Source: Monocercomonoides exilis PA203
Lineage: Eukaryota; Protista; Preaxostyla
NCBI GenBank assembly: GCA_001643675.2
Contig: LSRY02000006.1
Coordinates: forward strand, 124,001-188,000
DNA length: 64,000 nucleotides
Reading direction: 5' to 3'
Both the position numbers and the translations under genes were made by a program. Below are positions 52,801 to 64,000 of the stretch, in pieces; within the stretch, counting starts at the first letter, position 1; each line of letters begins with the position of its first letter. The notes under the pieces are model-generated. The model saw only the letters and a list, made by a program, of their open reading frames with translations. It was not told the origin of the DNA and searched no databases.

Positions 52801-55800
52801 TTGCTAATTAACTGTACAAAATTCGCAGATGAAAGAGCTATTGAAAGTTTGAAAGGTGGGGTAGTGATGTGTTCAATTCATTCGAATAGTGGATTCAAAA
52901 TGACCCAGTCATCAATAATTCGAAGTTCATGCTCATTGTCAGGAAGAGGAGGAGGATGCTACCTTCAAATTGAAATGAATGAGAAAGCCAACTTTTTGTT
53001 TCAAAATACAACATTCACTTCGAATTCTGCAATGATTGGGAATGATATTTTTGTGAAATGCGAAAATATATCTTCACAAATAAATGAAACACAATTTTTG
53101 TTTGATCTTCGAACTTTAACAAATTCGGAGAATTCCATTTTTGGATCTGATAACGCAGAATATCAAAGTGACATCAATCTCTTTAGTTTTATAACAATAT
53201 ACCTCTCAGATCTAATTGTTATATCATCTACTTCTAGCAAACAAGGAAAGGATGATCGACAATGTGGAATTCCCACTTTCCCATGTCGAAGCATCAACTA
53301 TGGCCTTCTTCATTTGACACACGACTTTGAAAGTCGTTTGATAGTTGATGAGAGCGCAGCTCTTGAGAATGAAATCGAGTTGGATGAGATGATGTTCACA
53401 TCCAAAAAGAGAATACAAAGCGATGTTGTATTGAATTCATCAATTGACGCAACCCATAACTGGATTATTAAAACAGAAAATTCTGTTGTTTTTGATCGAT
53501 TGAGATTTTTGTTTTGCCAGATCTTCTCTTCTCTCTATCAAACTTTTATTTTTGTTCATGCTGGAAATCTGGAAATGTTTATGATCACATTCGCAAAAGA
53601 ATCTCTTCATGAGTTTGATATTCAACTGTCTTTAAGTCTGGTTTCACTTGCTTTCGGAAATTGTGCTATCAATGATTTTCGTGTTCAACAACTTTCTTTC
53701 ACAAAACCTCTGTTTGACAATTGTCACTCTGCAAATCTTCAAATAAACTCTTCGTTGTTCACAAACCTATCGATTCAAACACCATTATTAGATGTTTGTC
53801 AAAGCGGACTAAATCTTGACAGAGTGTCGTTTAGCAACATTTCTGGTTCAAATGATGAATCTTAAATATGTTCATGCTCAAATTGTAATACAACTGTGAT
53901 ATTTTCAAACTCTTCATTCAATTTGAATTCAATATCAATAAAAAAAGGAAGAGTTGCTTTGTTTTCATCATGCTCAGAGTTGGCTTTGAATTTGTGCGAA
54001 TTTTTTGGTAATATCAGTAAAAACTTATTCATGGAAAGAACTTTTTCAAATATTGAATCAGACGAAAATGGTGTTTGTAAATGGAATGGATCTATTATTC
54101 ACTTTTCGAATTGCTCGACTGTAATAAGTGATTCAACTATCTCTAATTCTCCGATTGGAGGTATGTCAATTTTTTGTGGAAGTTCTGAGATAACGAAAGG
54201 AGAGTTTTCATATAATAATCCAAATATATCTGGATATCCTTCAATTCGAAGGAATATAATTTGCACTAATAGAGGAATGTTAATCATCCAAAGCTTAAAA
54301 GGAGGAGATGGAATGTTGCCAAATAGTTCAATGTGGATTTTGAACGATGACTGTGAGATAAGTGGAATAATATTGGAGCATCCATCAGAGTTGTTTGTTC
54401 CTCATTTGGATTCTGTGGATGTGACTGAATTAGAAAACGAAATTAAACTAACTTTCAAAGGATTACTTCTTCTTCCTTGCGATTTATCTTTTGGAGTGGT
54501 AACAACAATTGAACATACAGACTCAATTGAATATTGCAAAATGGATCAAAAAAGCTTTGCAAATGAGACTTTTGTTGAAGGGAAGATTCCAAAAGACATT
54601 ATTATGAAGGCACCTGATGAATCACAGGTTACTGCTTCAATTTGGCTTATAAACTGTTTATTGCCAAATTGGACTTCAACATTTGTTCTGAAAAATAAAA
54701 CAGCTTCGAATAAAGCAACAGAATATAATAGTTTATCTAGAAGTGAACGAAATGAATCATCTTGGCTCACAATTGTTATGGCAATATTTGCATTTTTGTT
54801 TTTTATTGTCCTCATTGTTTCTATTGTTGTGTTAATACGATGGAGAAAGTTAAAAGAAGAAGCCAAGAAATACAAGGAGATTGTAGAAGATACAGTAAGG
54901 AAGGATCCGAAGGCGTTTGAGATGGTGACGATGGAGATGTCACCTGAAGAGCAGTGGAGAAGAGCTGAGAGAGAGGCAGAGAAGAAGAATGAGGAAAGGA
55001 TGAAAAAGAGAGTATATGATACGAATATGCAGCACTCTGAGTCATCAGAGTATTTATTGAGTGAGAGTGGATCGACTGAATATATCTTGGGAAAGGATTC
55101 AGACAAGATCCCTCAATGGATGCTGGAGAAGGTTGATGAGAAAGAGGAAGAAGAAGAGGAAACAAGGAAGAGAACTCCTTCTCCATCCATCTCATCCACT
55201 TCAACAGCTGATTCTGATTCGACTTTTGTTCGAAGGGAGGATCTGTGTCCAACAACATCGTCCATGTCGAATCTGGTAGATGCAATGGCCTGTTCATCTC
55301 CTCACGAGAAGCTGATTGTGGATCTGAGGGATTCGCTGTTCATGCTGCTTCATGGGCTGAACAAGACAAAAGAGATGGCAATTGGCATCTGCAGGAGAGG
55401 GAGCAGACAGCTGCTCAGATCCTGTTCTGGGTGGCAAATGGAGCTCTCCACTCCTTTGATGAAATGGAAAACCCACTTCAATCATTATCCAACCTGAGCC
55501 CACACATTGTGCTGTTCTCTGAGCATATGGTCATCTGCATCGTGATGCATTCGGACTTATTGTCTGATGATGACTCAGATTCATCATCCATCTCTTCGTC
55601 AACTGTTGTGACGTCCTCAAGTGATAATGACGAAGATGATGACTCTCTGCCTTCATCAGCGTTTGAAGATGAAGATAGTTTCAGAAAAGAGTGTTTGAGG
55701 TGGAAGGCGCCTGAGCTGCTGATCAACAAGAAGATGGGGGCAACCAAGGAGTCGGTGGCATTCTCGATTGGGATGATGCTGTGGGAGTGTATGACGCTCC

Positions 55801-56075
55801 AGATTCCGTTTGGCGATTATGAGGCAGAGGTTGCGGGAAAGAAGATTGCGAATGGAGAAAGGCCAAAGAATGAATCAGACAATGAAAGAATGAACACACT
55901 GCTTGGTCAGTGTGTTTCAGCAGTTCCAGAACAACGGCCCTCTCTGGTTGGACTGAAGCGAGAGTTCATCCAACTATTTCCAAAAGGAGCAATGATAATG
56001 ACTGTATCAGATGCAATTGATTTGGAGGTTGACACAAACGCTAACAATGATCAAAGTGGTTCTTTTGTTTATTGA
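43859..56075 (+). pseudogene. Giant receptor-like gene: repeated beta-helix ectodomain, TM helix and kinase-like domain; disrupted
   Basis: ORFs starting 44005, 45622, 47245, 50986 and 53896 share one frame and are separated by single stops (TAA 45616, TGA 47131, TGA 50956, TAA 53863). Frameshift near 55388. GGA(I/V) motifs, 8 CG-x(4-5)-(P/S)C motifs, TM at ~54763-54843, 'LRWKAPELL...FSIGMMLWECMTLQIPF'. One probable 5' intron at 43930-43982. Confidence 0.88.
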
Positions 56076-56500
56076 ATAAATCAATAAAATAGGAAAGAAT
56101 TGGTTCAAAAGAATAGCGTTCCGCATTTTGATCCAGTAATAGATGCGAATGACAATCAAGCAACAACTGAAGAAAAATTCAAAGATTCAATGCATATCAT
56201 ATCATTAATAAAAAAGAATTTGAGAAAGATTCAAAATTAAGGAAAGTATATAATAATAATAATGTTAAAACTTGTATTTTTGTATTTATGGTCGACTCTA
56301 TCTTCAATAGAGTCAAGCATTTTTTGATTTGTTCTTTATTTCTTTTGAACTTCTTGTGAATACTTGTTAATTTGTGAAATTTTTATCGACCAATTTTACT
56401 CTCCTGATTTATAATCTGAATTTTTGAATTTTTCTAAAAATTCGAATTCGTTTTAAAAAATAAGCATGAATGATTTAAAATTAATAAAAAAAGAAATGTT

Positions 56501-56547
56501 AAATAAAATAAAATAAAATAAATAAATAAATAAATAAATAAATAAAT
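56501..56547 (+). repeat. (AAATA)n(AATA)n simple repeat
   Basis: Directly visible. Confidence 0.85.
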
Positions 56548-56908
56548 TAAAAAATAAGTTTAAAAATGAAAGAAGTGCATTTTAACTTTTCATACCTTCT
56601 ATTAAAAGAGTTTGCTTATTCTTTTGTTCAATAATTTGAAATTATGATGGAGAAAAAGCATTTCAATCATAATTAAAACAAATTGAATAACAACTACTGA
56701 AAGAATCCTATTTCCAATCGAATTCATAATTGATTGTAGCAATCCTCATAATCAACTTTTTCAGAAGAAAAAGAAGAAATAAAGATATTAATATGATGAA
56801 CTATACAACGAATCAGAGAAAACACACAAATAAAGAATAGCACTTGCATAATAAATGGATTTGGCAAATATTAATATATGGTTATCGCAAAAGAGATTTG
56901 CAGCCAGT

Positions 56909-57943
56909 CTAAGAATGTGCTGAGGAAGGCCATACTCTAACCAAACTAAAGAAATAAAACATGAATATTAATTAACCAATGCATTGAAAATAAAATATAT
57001 CCACAAACCTTGGAGTCATTCCATAAGCTTTTCTCTCCGATGGATATCCCAAAGCGTTTTGTACATAACGAATTCCTTCAATGGTAAGATCTGTGTTGAT
57101 GTGCGAATGTCCAAAACAATGGACGCATGGCCTCAATCTTCTAATTTGATGCTCAAGACGAGTGCTACCTACAACATGAGGCAAAAAGTGTAGATTTAGC
57201 AATGGTGTTGGTGGAAGAAGATCTCTCCTGGGGATCATGTGAGAAAATGATATAATTCGCTTTGGATCATCTTCCTCAAATGAATTTAAGACAGATTCAT
57301 TTCGTTCATATAAATCAGTAGGCTTGAAACCCTTTAAAAATTAATATTCGAAAAATTTGATGGATTATAACAATAACTATTTTTTTTTATCACACTGATG
57401 GCCAGCTGCAATAAAAGAAATCCGACCAGCATTTTAGCTCTTCTTTATCTTTTGCGGTCAATGGTTCGCTTGAAAGAGATGAATCATACCAAGATAGCAA
57501 TGGCACAATCCAAAGTTCGTCAACTTTTGCTGGTGTAACTTTAACCCCAATTGTTTTGCTGGAAGAAAGAAGATATTCTAGTTTATTCAGCGAATTTCCG
57601 CAAGCTTTATCTGTTATCCATAAGTCGTGATTTCCAGGCGTGAAAAAGACTTCTCTTAAAAAATATTTCAATAAAAATTTGAATGAAATCAAATTAATTT
57701 TAAATGCTAGAGCACCTAAATTTTTGTTTAAGTTGATACAGAAATTCTAAAGTTTTTGAGATATCATTCGATATATCTCCAGGAATAATCTGTTTTTAAA
57801 AATCATTTGTCACTCTTGAAAACTTTGACAATCGCACCACATACAAGAACATCATTTTCATGATTAGTTAAAGATAGCATCCAATCCAAATTTTCCTTGT
57901 AATCTACGTGAACGTCAGATATAACATACACATTTGTTTCCAT
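56909..57943 (-). CDS. Calcineurin-like metallophosphoesterase, multi-exon
   Basis: Motifs in canonical order: 'ISDVHVD', 'PGDIS', 'PGNHDLW', 'SFSHMIP', 'FGHSH'. Probable last exon 'LVRVWPSSAHS*' ends at 56909. Confidence 0.9.
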
Positions 57944-57993
57944 TTAATGATCAACATGATCAATTAGCATAATTAAATTGAGTGACTGTTGAA

Positions 57994-59712
57994 ATGAATC
58001 TTTTATCGCTTTCACTTCCCGAAAAAATAGTCCTTCTTTTGAATGACATTCCTTCAGGAAGATCAAGAATGGCAAATTGTCTTCCTATCGCAATTATTCT
58101 TGATCTCGTTGAAAATGGATGGATTGGATTCGAAGTTCCTTATGATCGTGTTATTCTTTATAAGCGTCTTTCTCATCCATCCAAAACATTTGAACAAATA
58201 TTACATCAAATGTCCATGGACGAACCACAACCTCTTTCAGCATGGTATTCACTTTTATAACGACTTTTATTTTAAATAATTTTTTTGTTAACGTGAAGGA
58301 TTAACAAGTTTTCACAGCACGATATTACTCAACTGATAGAAAATGATTTGATAGAAAAAAATTTACTTGAGACTAGCTTTTCAACGCCTCAGCAACATGA
58401 AAGTGATTTTTCTTTTCGATTTTCAAGTGATTTGTACCCTGCCGAAAGTGAAGGAGAAGAAGTATGCTTTTTTGTTTTGTGATTAAACGATACATGTATG
58501 TTTGAATTGATTTTTTATGTTTAGGGAAGTTGGTACAGAGCACCACTTCAAAAAAATGCTCACACTCATCTTTCAATGATGCAGCCAGATTTCAGATCTG
58601 TTGAAAAACCAAGGGTTATGCATGCTCTCACTTCACGAGGGGAGCAAGCGCGAATTGAGCTCGTCCGAGATCTGTTGATGATGATTCGAGGAGTTGATAT
58701 TTACAGTCTCATCCCTGAACCATCAACTGAAGTTACACCTATCCTTCAGCCTCCTTTAACCGCGACTGACAAGCGTCCAATTTCGCAGCAACCAACGAAA
58801 AGAAGTGGAGACAAATCAGCAAAAGGAGAGAGAGCCTCCAAAGGATCTGGAGCTTCAAATGCAGCGTCTGGATCAGGGAGTTCTTCAAGTGAAGGGAATG
58901 TTGGCTCATTGGCATTGTCTTCTGTATCAAATGCTGGAAATATTTGCACAGCACCAGAAAAAATACTTCTCCCACCTCCTATTCCTCAATTTACTCAGCC
59001 TCCTCTCATGTTGTTGTATTCCACATCGATGTATCTTTCACAATCACCTCAGACATCTTTGCCTGCTTCTTCTTTTGCTCTCCCTGCTGATTCTTCTGCT
59101 TCCAATCTTAGCAATCTCACTACATCCACTTCAGATAATCTTCAGCATCTTCGAAATTCTTCGGTGCTTTTACTCCGCCTTCTCCACTCTTTTTCTCTCT
59201 TGTCTTTTATTTTGCACTGCTCCGATCCCATTGTCCACAGCAAACGCCTTACACAACTTCTGACTGATCCAAGTGCCCTCCCATCTAATCCTCCTCCCGA
59301 CAGCTATTACGACTCTTTTCTCCATTCATCATCGCGCCCATCATCAGCCAGCCCTTCCCCTTCAGACAATCAAACATCGGCGTCTTCTTCTCCTTCTTTG
59401 CTTGTGCCTAGCGAAGGCAGACTGGGCACAGCTGATGCTCCTTTGACAATCGCTGTGCCGTTGCAGCCATCTACACCAGCAACACCTTCAATGAGCCCAC
59501 AGCCCAAAAAAGCGACAAAAAAGCCAGGCACCCCAAATTCGACAGCTGTGACTCCCTCCGCAAGCAAAACAGCAAATAAAAAGGAAGATAAAGATGAGGA
59601 TTTAAAAGATGAAGAGAATGAAGATGGGGAGTATTATCTCCATTATGCATGGCTTCTTTTCGAAGCAGTTCTACGACCTTTTTCCACGCTTCAAAAAGCA
59701 TGTGGTTTTTAG
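57994..59712 (+). CDS. GOLPH3/Vps74 (GPP34)-like protein with Ser/Pro-rich insertions, multi-exon
   Basis: 'LSLPEKIVLLL', 'LPIAIILDLVENGWI', 'EQILHQMSMDEPQPLSAW', 'IENDLIEKNLLE' follow the GPP34 pattern. Confidence 0.6.
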
Positions 59713-59936
59713 TTTTATGTTGATATCATCTCACAATTTTTTTATTTTTTTTTAAAATTAAATGTGCTATTGAAGTGAAATTGATTTTGTCGAGTATTTT
59801 TTTTAAACAACTCATGCCATAATTTTTTTATTTCATCTTTTTTCTGTGAATAAAAATTGAGCAAAGAAGCTCAATTATATTTTAAAACAAATTTTTATTA
59901 AAACTATTACTTTTAATTATTTCCTCACAAATCTGG

Positions 59937-62900
59937 ATGCAAAATGTATGTTCCTTAAAATGAATGGAGAATTTAGCTGTGATTATGTGTTATTTGCTTT
60001 ATTTTCAGAAAGAGCATCATAAACAATTTAGCGATAAATGCTTACCGGAACTTTCATTTGATTCTTTTTCATATGGAAAACAACAACCTTCAAACAAACG
60101 TGGAGAATACATGCGTCCTTCAACTTCCTCTGGTTCATTCAAGCCAACATCACGCCCATCAACAAGCTCAACTGTAAACACAAAATGGCATAGAACGAAG
60201 CAATATGAAATTGTTTGCTATTTTATTTTTTCATTTATTTTTAAAAAAGGAATTTTCTTGTGATTTTTTTTTCTTTTCCCTCATTCTCGTTTAAAAGGAT
60301 CAATCTCCTTATGAGCAGGTTACTGAACCTCTTATGATTTCACTTTCTAACTTTAAGGACGCTTCAGCAAAAAAGCATGATCCGATTGAAGAACAATTGT
60401 ATTTGTCAATAGGAAGGCCAATTATTAGAGGCGAAAAAGATCCTCCACCTGTTATTGAGGAAGTGATTCGAGCACCAATTTCAAAGAGCAACAGAGCATC
60501 TTCGCCTCTGCTTTGTCAGCGTGCAACCCGCGAGCGCAAAGATCGTTGCTCCTCATCACTTGAAGCAAGGCGCCGCTCATCGCCTGTGCGACCTGCCACC
60601 AGAGATAGCGGGCTTGGCAAATCCAGATCCAAAAGGAAGGGGTTGCTAACCGACTCAAAAGACTTTACAAATGAAGAGGACTGTTTCCATGCAAAAGGAG
60701 CACACCCGCATTTTCGAAAGTCGCAACCTCATTCTTCTCCTCAATCATCTCGGGCTTCTATGAGCACTCCTTTATCCCCTTGCTCACTGAATTCAGCAGG
60801 CTCTTCTGCAAATTCATTATTTCCCTTTTCTGAATCGGAGCCAATTACTACCCACGAATCAGCGATTGTGACACCTTCACCTTCAATCAACTCTCCACTG
60901 TTTGCTTCGACTTCTCCGAATGTCACAGCTCAATCACCTTCTCTTTTCAATTCTCCGCAACGCAACATTCACACAAGGGCAGAAGCCAAACGTCCAAGCG
61001 CTGGAAAGACTGGCTCACAGTTAATGCCCACAAGGAACGTTAGAACTTCTTTGGGGATAAGAAGAAGGGACAAAGATGCGTTTTTCAAGAGAAAGGAGGA
61101 GGAAGAGCTAAATGATACTCCTATGGAAGGGCATCACAGGAAAAAGAGAAGAGATATCAAATTTAGTGAAAGCAGAGAATTTGACAGAAGAAGGGAAGAT
61201 AGCGAAGACTTTGGCAGAACTGAAATGAGGAGGCAGCAGGCAAGCCACAAAGTAGTTATGCACAATTATCTCGAATCTCCAAAGTCAAAAGCATCCAACG
61301 TGAGATTCTCCCTTCCGCACCCCCCTTCGCGCCACCATCAGATTTTTGCGCCGGCAACTGTGGAGGATGTTGTGGGTGTTGTGTCGATGCTGACGCCGAC
61401 GCTTGCTGAGTCGCCGTATTCGCAGGACCCGCGACGCATCAGAGGGCTCAGCCGGTCTGTTGCTGCCACAAGAGCACACATACCGTCATACACCTCGTTT
61501 TCAGCCATGTTTGCGTCTTCCTCTTCCTCTTCCTCTTCTTCGTCGTCGTCACTTTCAAAACCGGTTGCGCAGCAGAAGGGCAGGGCAAGGACTTCGATGA
61601 GCAAGAACAGAAAGGGCATGAATGATTTTGATGGAACAGAACTTGTGGATGATAAAGAGATTCCAATTAGAAGAGAAAAGGTATTCAAAGAAGATCAAAA
61701 TGAAGCCAATGAAGAGGAACAAACAAGGGAAAAGCTGAAAACGACTAAAGCTGCCAGAAAAAAGAAGGAGAACGCAAAAGAACCAGCTATTTATGGAGAA
61801 GGAAAAACATCTTCACATTATGCTTCTGCAGATGCGTTACAGCCCCGCCAAGCTTCGCCCTTTCGTTCCTCTTCAACAACCGTCCTTGTTTCAACCCAAT
61901 CTCCTTCTCATCAACGTGTGGTTGTTCATCCACAGACACCTTCTGCTGCCATTTTCACTCCATTTTTGCAAGTCAACAAGGCAGCAAAATTTGCTTCGCA
62001 AACATCAAATAGACAGTTCGAAGCAACAACAAAGAACAAAAAGGGGAAAGTGAATGAAGGGAAGCATATGGAAGACATGAAAAATGAGAGTGTTGAAAGA
62101 GAAGGAGAAGAAGGATATGAGAATGAGAAGAGAAAGAAGCAAAAGAGAGAGAAAGAAAGAGAGCAGGTGAAGAATAAATCAGAGGAAGAGATAAAGATGA
62201 GGATCCACAATCAAGTTTGGAATGATGCGTTTGAGCGGATCAAAAGCAGAATAAAAGAAGACGACAAAGAAGAAGACAGAATTTTGTCTATTAACATAGC
62301 AGCGATGCAGAAAGAAGAGAGCAGACAGAAAATAGCACTGAATGAGGAAGAGGAGAGGAGGAAGAGGAGGATGATGGCAAAGAAAAGGCAGGTGACAGCA
62401 ACACAATTGAGAAGGATTGAATCAGAAGAAAGGAAGGAGGCGAGAGAGAAAGAACAGATGAGAAAGAAGAAGATGATGTTGAATGAAGAAAATGAGAGAA
62501 GAAAGAAGAAGAAGAAGAAGAAGAAGAAAGTTAAGCCAACAAATAGAATAGTTGGAGGGAGTATAAAATTTGGTGAAGAAGAAGAAAAAAATGAAGACAA
62601 AGAAGAGGAATATGAAAGGAAAGAAAATGTGATTGAAAACAATATTGAATTCGAAGAAGATCATGATGATGATAACGGGATGGGTTCATTGCTTATTCAT
62701 TCGCATCAGTTGGCATCTGTTTCAGAAAGCGAGAATGAAACAGAAGGAGAAGCAGAAAAAGAAGAAGTTGAACGGTTTATGAGGAACGAGATGATATTTG
62801 AAGAAAACGAAGAGAATGAAGATGAAGAGAATAAGATGGGTTTATTCAAAGAAGAAAGACAGGAATTCAAAGAAAACAGAGAAGGATTAATGAATGAAAG

Positions 62901-63354
62901 AGAATATGAAAGCAGACAAGAAAGAAGAGAAGAATGTTTCGATACAAAAGAAGAGGAGTGGAATGAAGAACAAGAAAGAGAATTGGATTCAATGAAACGA
63001 GTAGAACATTTGGAACAACCCGAGCAGAACTTTCAGTTAATCACATTTGGAGAATTTGGAGCAGACAATTTGGAGGCTTTTTCGAATGAGGAGGTACAAC
63101 AGCAGATTGAGATTCAGGAAAATAAAACTCAATTGAAAGAAGATGAAGAGGGAGCAATTGATCCAAATGACTTGTTTCCTGACCCTCACATTATCACTTC
63201 ACAAGAAAGCGAAACATTTCAAAACGATCAAACAAATACAATCAATGAGTATCCTCACTATTCTCTTCAAGAAGACGAAGAAGGAGCAGCAACATCTGAA
63301 GATACTCTTCAATTATCGGTTTTACAAATGATTGGGGTGAATGAACCATGTTAA
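59937..63354 (+). CDS. Hypothetical low-complexity protein (Ser/Pro-rich N-half, Lys/Glu-rich C-half), 3 exons
   Basis: 1006-aa ORF plus upstream exons (ATG CAA AAT followed by a GTATG donor). No domain recognised. Confidence 0.65.
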
Positions 63355-63465
63355 CATCTTACAATTTTTTTTATAGTTAGTATATATGTTTTGTATATGT
63401 GTTTATATTATAATTATCTTTGAATATGTAATTATCTTTCACCATTATATATTTTTTCCAATTAA

Positions 63466-64000
63466 ATGGATCAAAGAATAAATGTATTTGTCAGAGTTCG
63501 TCCACGTGTTGGGAAAGAAATTCTTGATAGAGTTGGAGAATGTGTAACAATTTATAACGACAAGCAAATAGGATTGGATGAAAGACACTTTACATTTGAT
63601 AAGGTGTTTGATCAAAATATTTCACAGGTTTAGCAGTTTCTAAAGAGTTTATAATAAAATGCAATGAAAAAATCAATATTAACATTTTTTAAATTTTTGA
63701 TGTAGGAGGATGTATTTTCAACATGCGTCAAACCTCTTTTGGATTCGTTTTTTTCTGGTGTAAATGCGACGTGTCTTGCATATGGGCAAACCGGAAGTGG
63801 AAAAACGTATACCATGGGGACTGGAATAACTTTTATGATTAATCAAGACCAATCAGAGCAATTTGGTATTGTCCCTCGAGCATTGAACGAGATATATAAA
63901 ACGATTTCTGAAAGAAAGGATACTTATCAATCAACTGTGACAGTATCATTTCTTGAAATATACAATGAAGAAATTTATGATCTTCTTTCACCAAAAAGTT
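63466..64000 (+). CDS. Kinesin motor protein (kinesin-4-like), 5' part, runs off the window
   Basis: 'INVFVRVRP', 'FTFDKVF', P-loop 'AYGQTGSGKTYTMGT', 'VSFLEIYNEEIYDLL'. Intron at 63628-63705. Confidence 0.95.

Noticed and set aside
44005-55497. Stop-codon reassignment or programmed readthrough in the giant gene (some oxymonads read TAA/TAG as Gln)
   Set aside because: The stops are mixed TAA and TGA and appear to replace different residues (e.g. 'KAFD*NDIF' where sister modules have Gly). There is also a frameshift, only four stops occur in ~3,800 codons, and ordinary genes here end in TAA, TAG and TGA.
56294-56314. Hairpin GACTCTAT-cttca-ATAGAGTC as a possible Helitron 3' end
   Set aside because: Only an 8-bp stem, no following CTRR terminus and no Rep/helicase nearby.
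1-64000. CRISPR arrays, rRNA, tRNA, telomeric repeats, prokaryotic operons
   Set aside because: None seen by eye; the sequence is spliceosomal-intron-rich eukaryotic DNA. A tRNAscan-SE/Infernal run would be needed to exclude small RNAs.

Overview
AT-rich, intron-rich eukaryotic (protist) DNA using the standard genetic code. Gene style and the giant beta-helix/pseudokinase family suggest an oxymonad such as Monocercomonoides; this is an inference, not a database result. The window holds about 16 densely packed spliced genes: importin-alpha-like, phospholipase B-like, histidine acid phosphatase, CBM48 protein, BRCT protein, a giant coiled-coil, peptidase S41, TRAP-gamma, START protein, a helical-repeat unknown, ELF1, a MYST acetyltransferase, a metallophosphoesterase, a GOLPH3-like protein, a low-complexity unknown and a kinesin. 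There are two accessory zones. (1) About 25.1-35.4 kb has no intact gene. It contains a fully delimited 6.9-kb hAT transposon (21-bp TIRs, perfect 8-bp TSD ATTGAGTT) with a decayed transposase and ~3.8 kb of captured gene fragments, inserted into a nest of related long-palindrome elements. (2) About 43.9-56.1 kb is a single ~4,000-codon receptor-like gene (8 Cys-capped beta-helix modules, TM helix, pseudokinase) broken by four in-frame stops and one frameshift. Other highlights are an exact 259-aa (37-heptad) super-repeat with introns at homologous positions, head-to-head genes 37 and 50 bp apart, and recurring C-rich-then-G-rich compositional switches. Exon boundaries were read by eye and are approximate unless stated.
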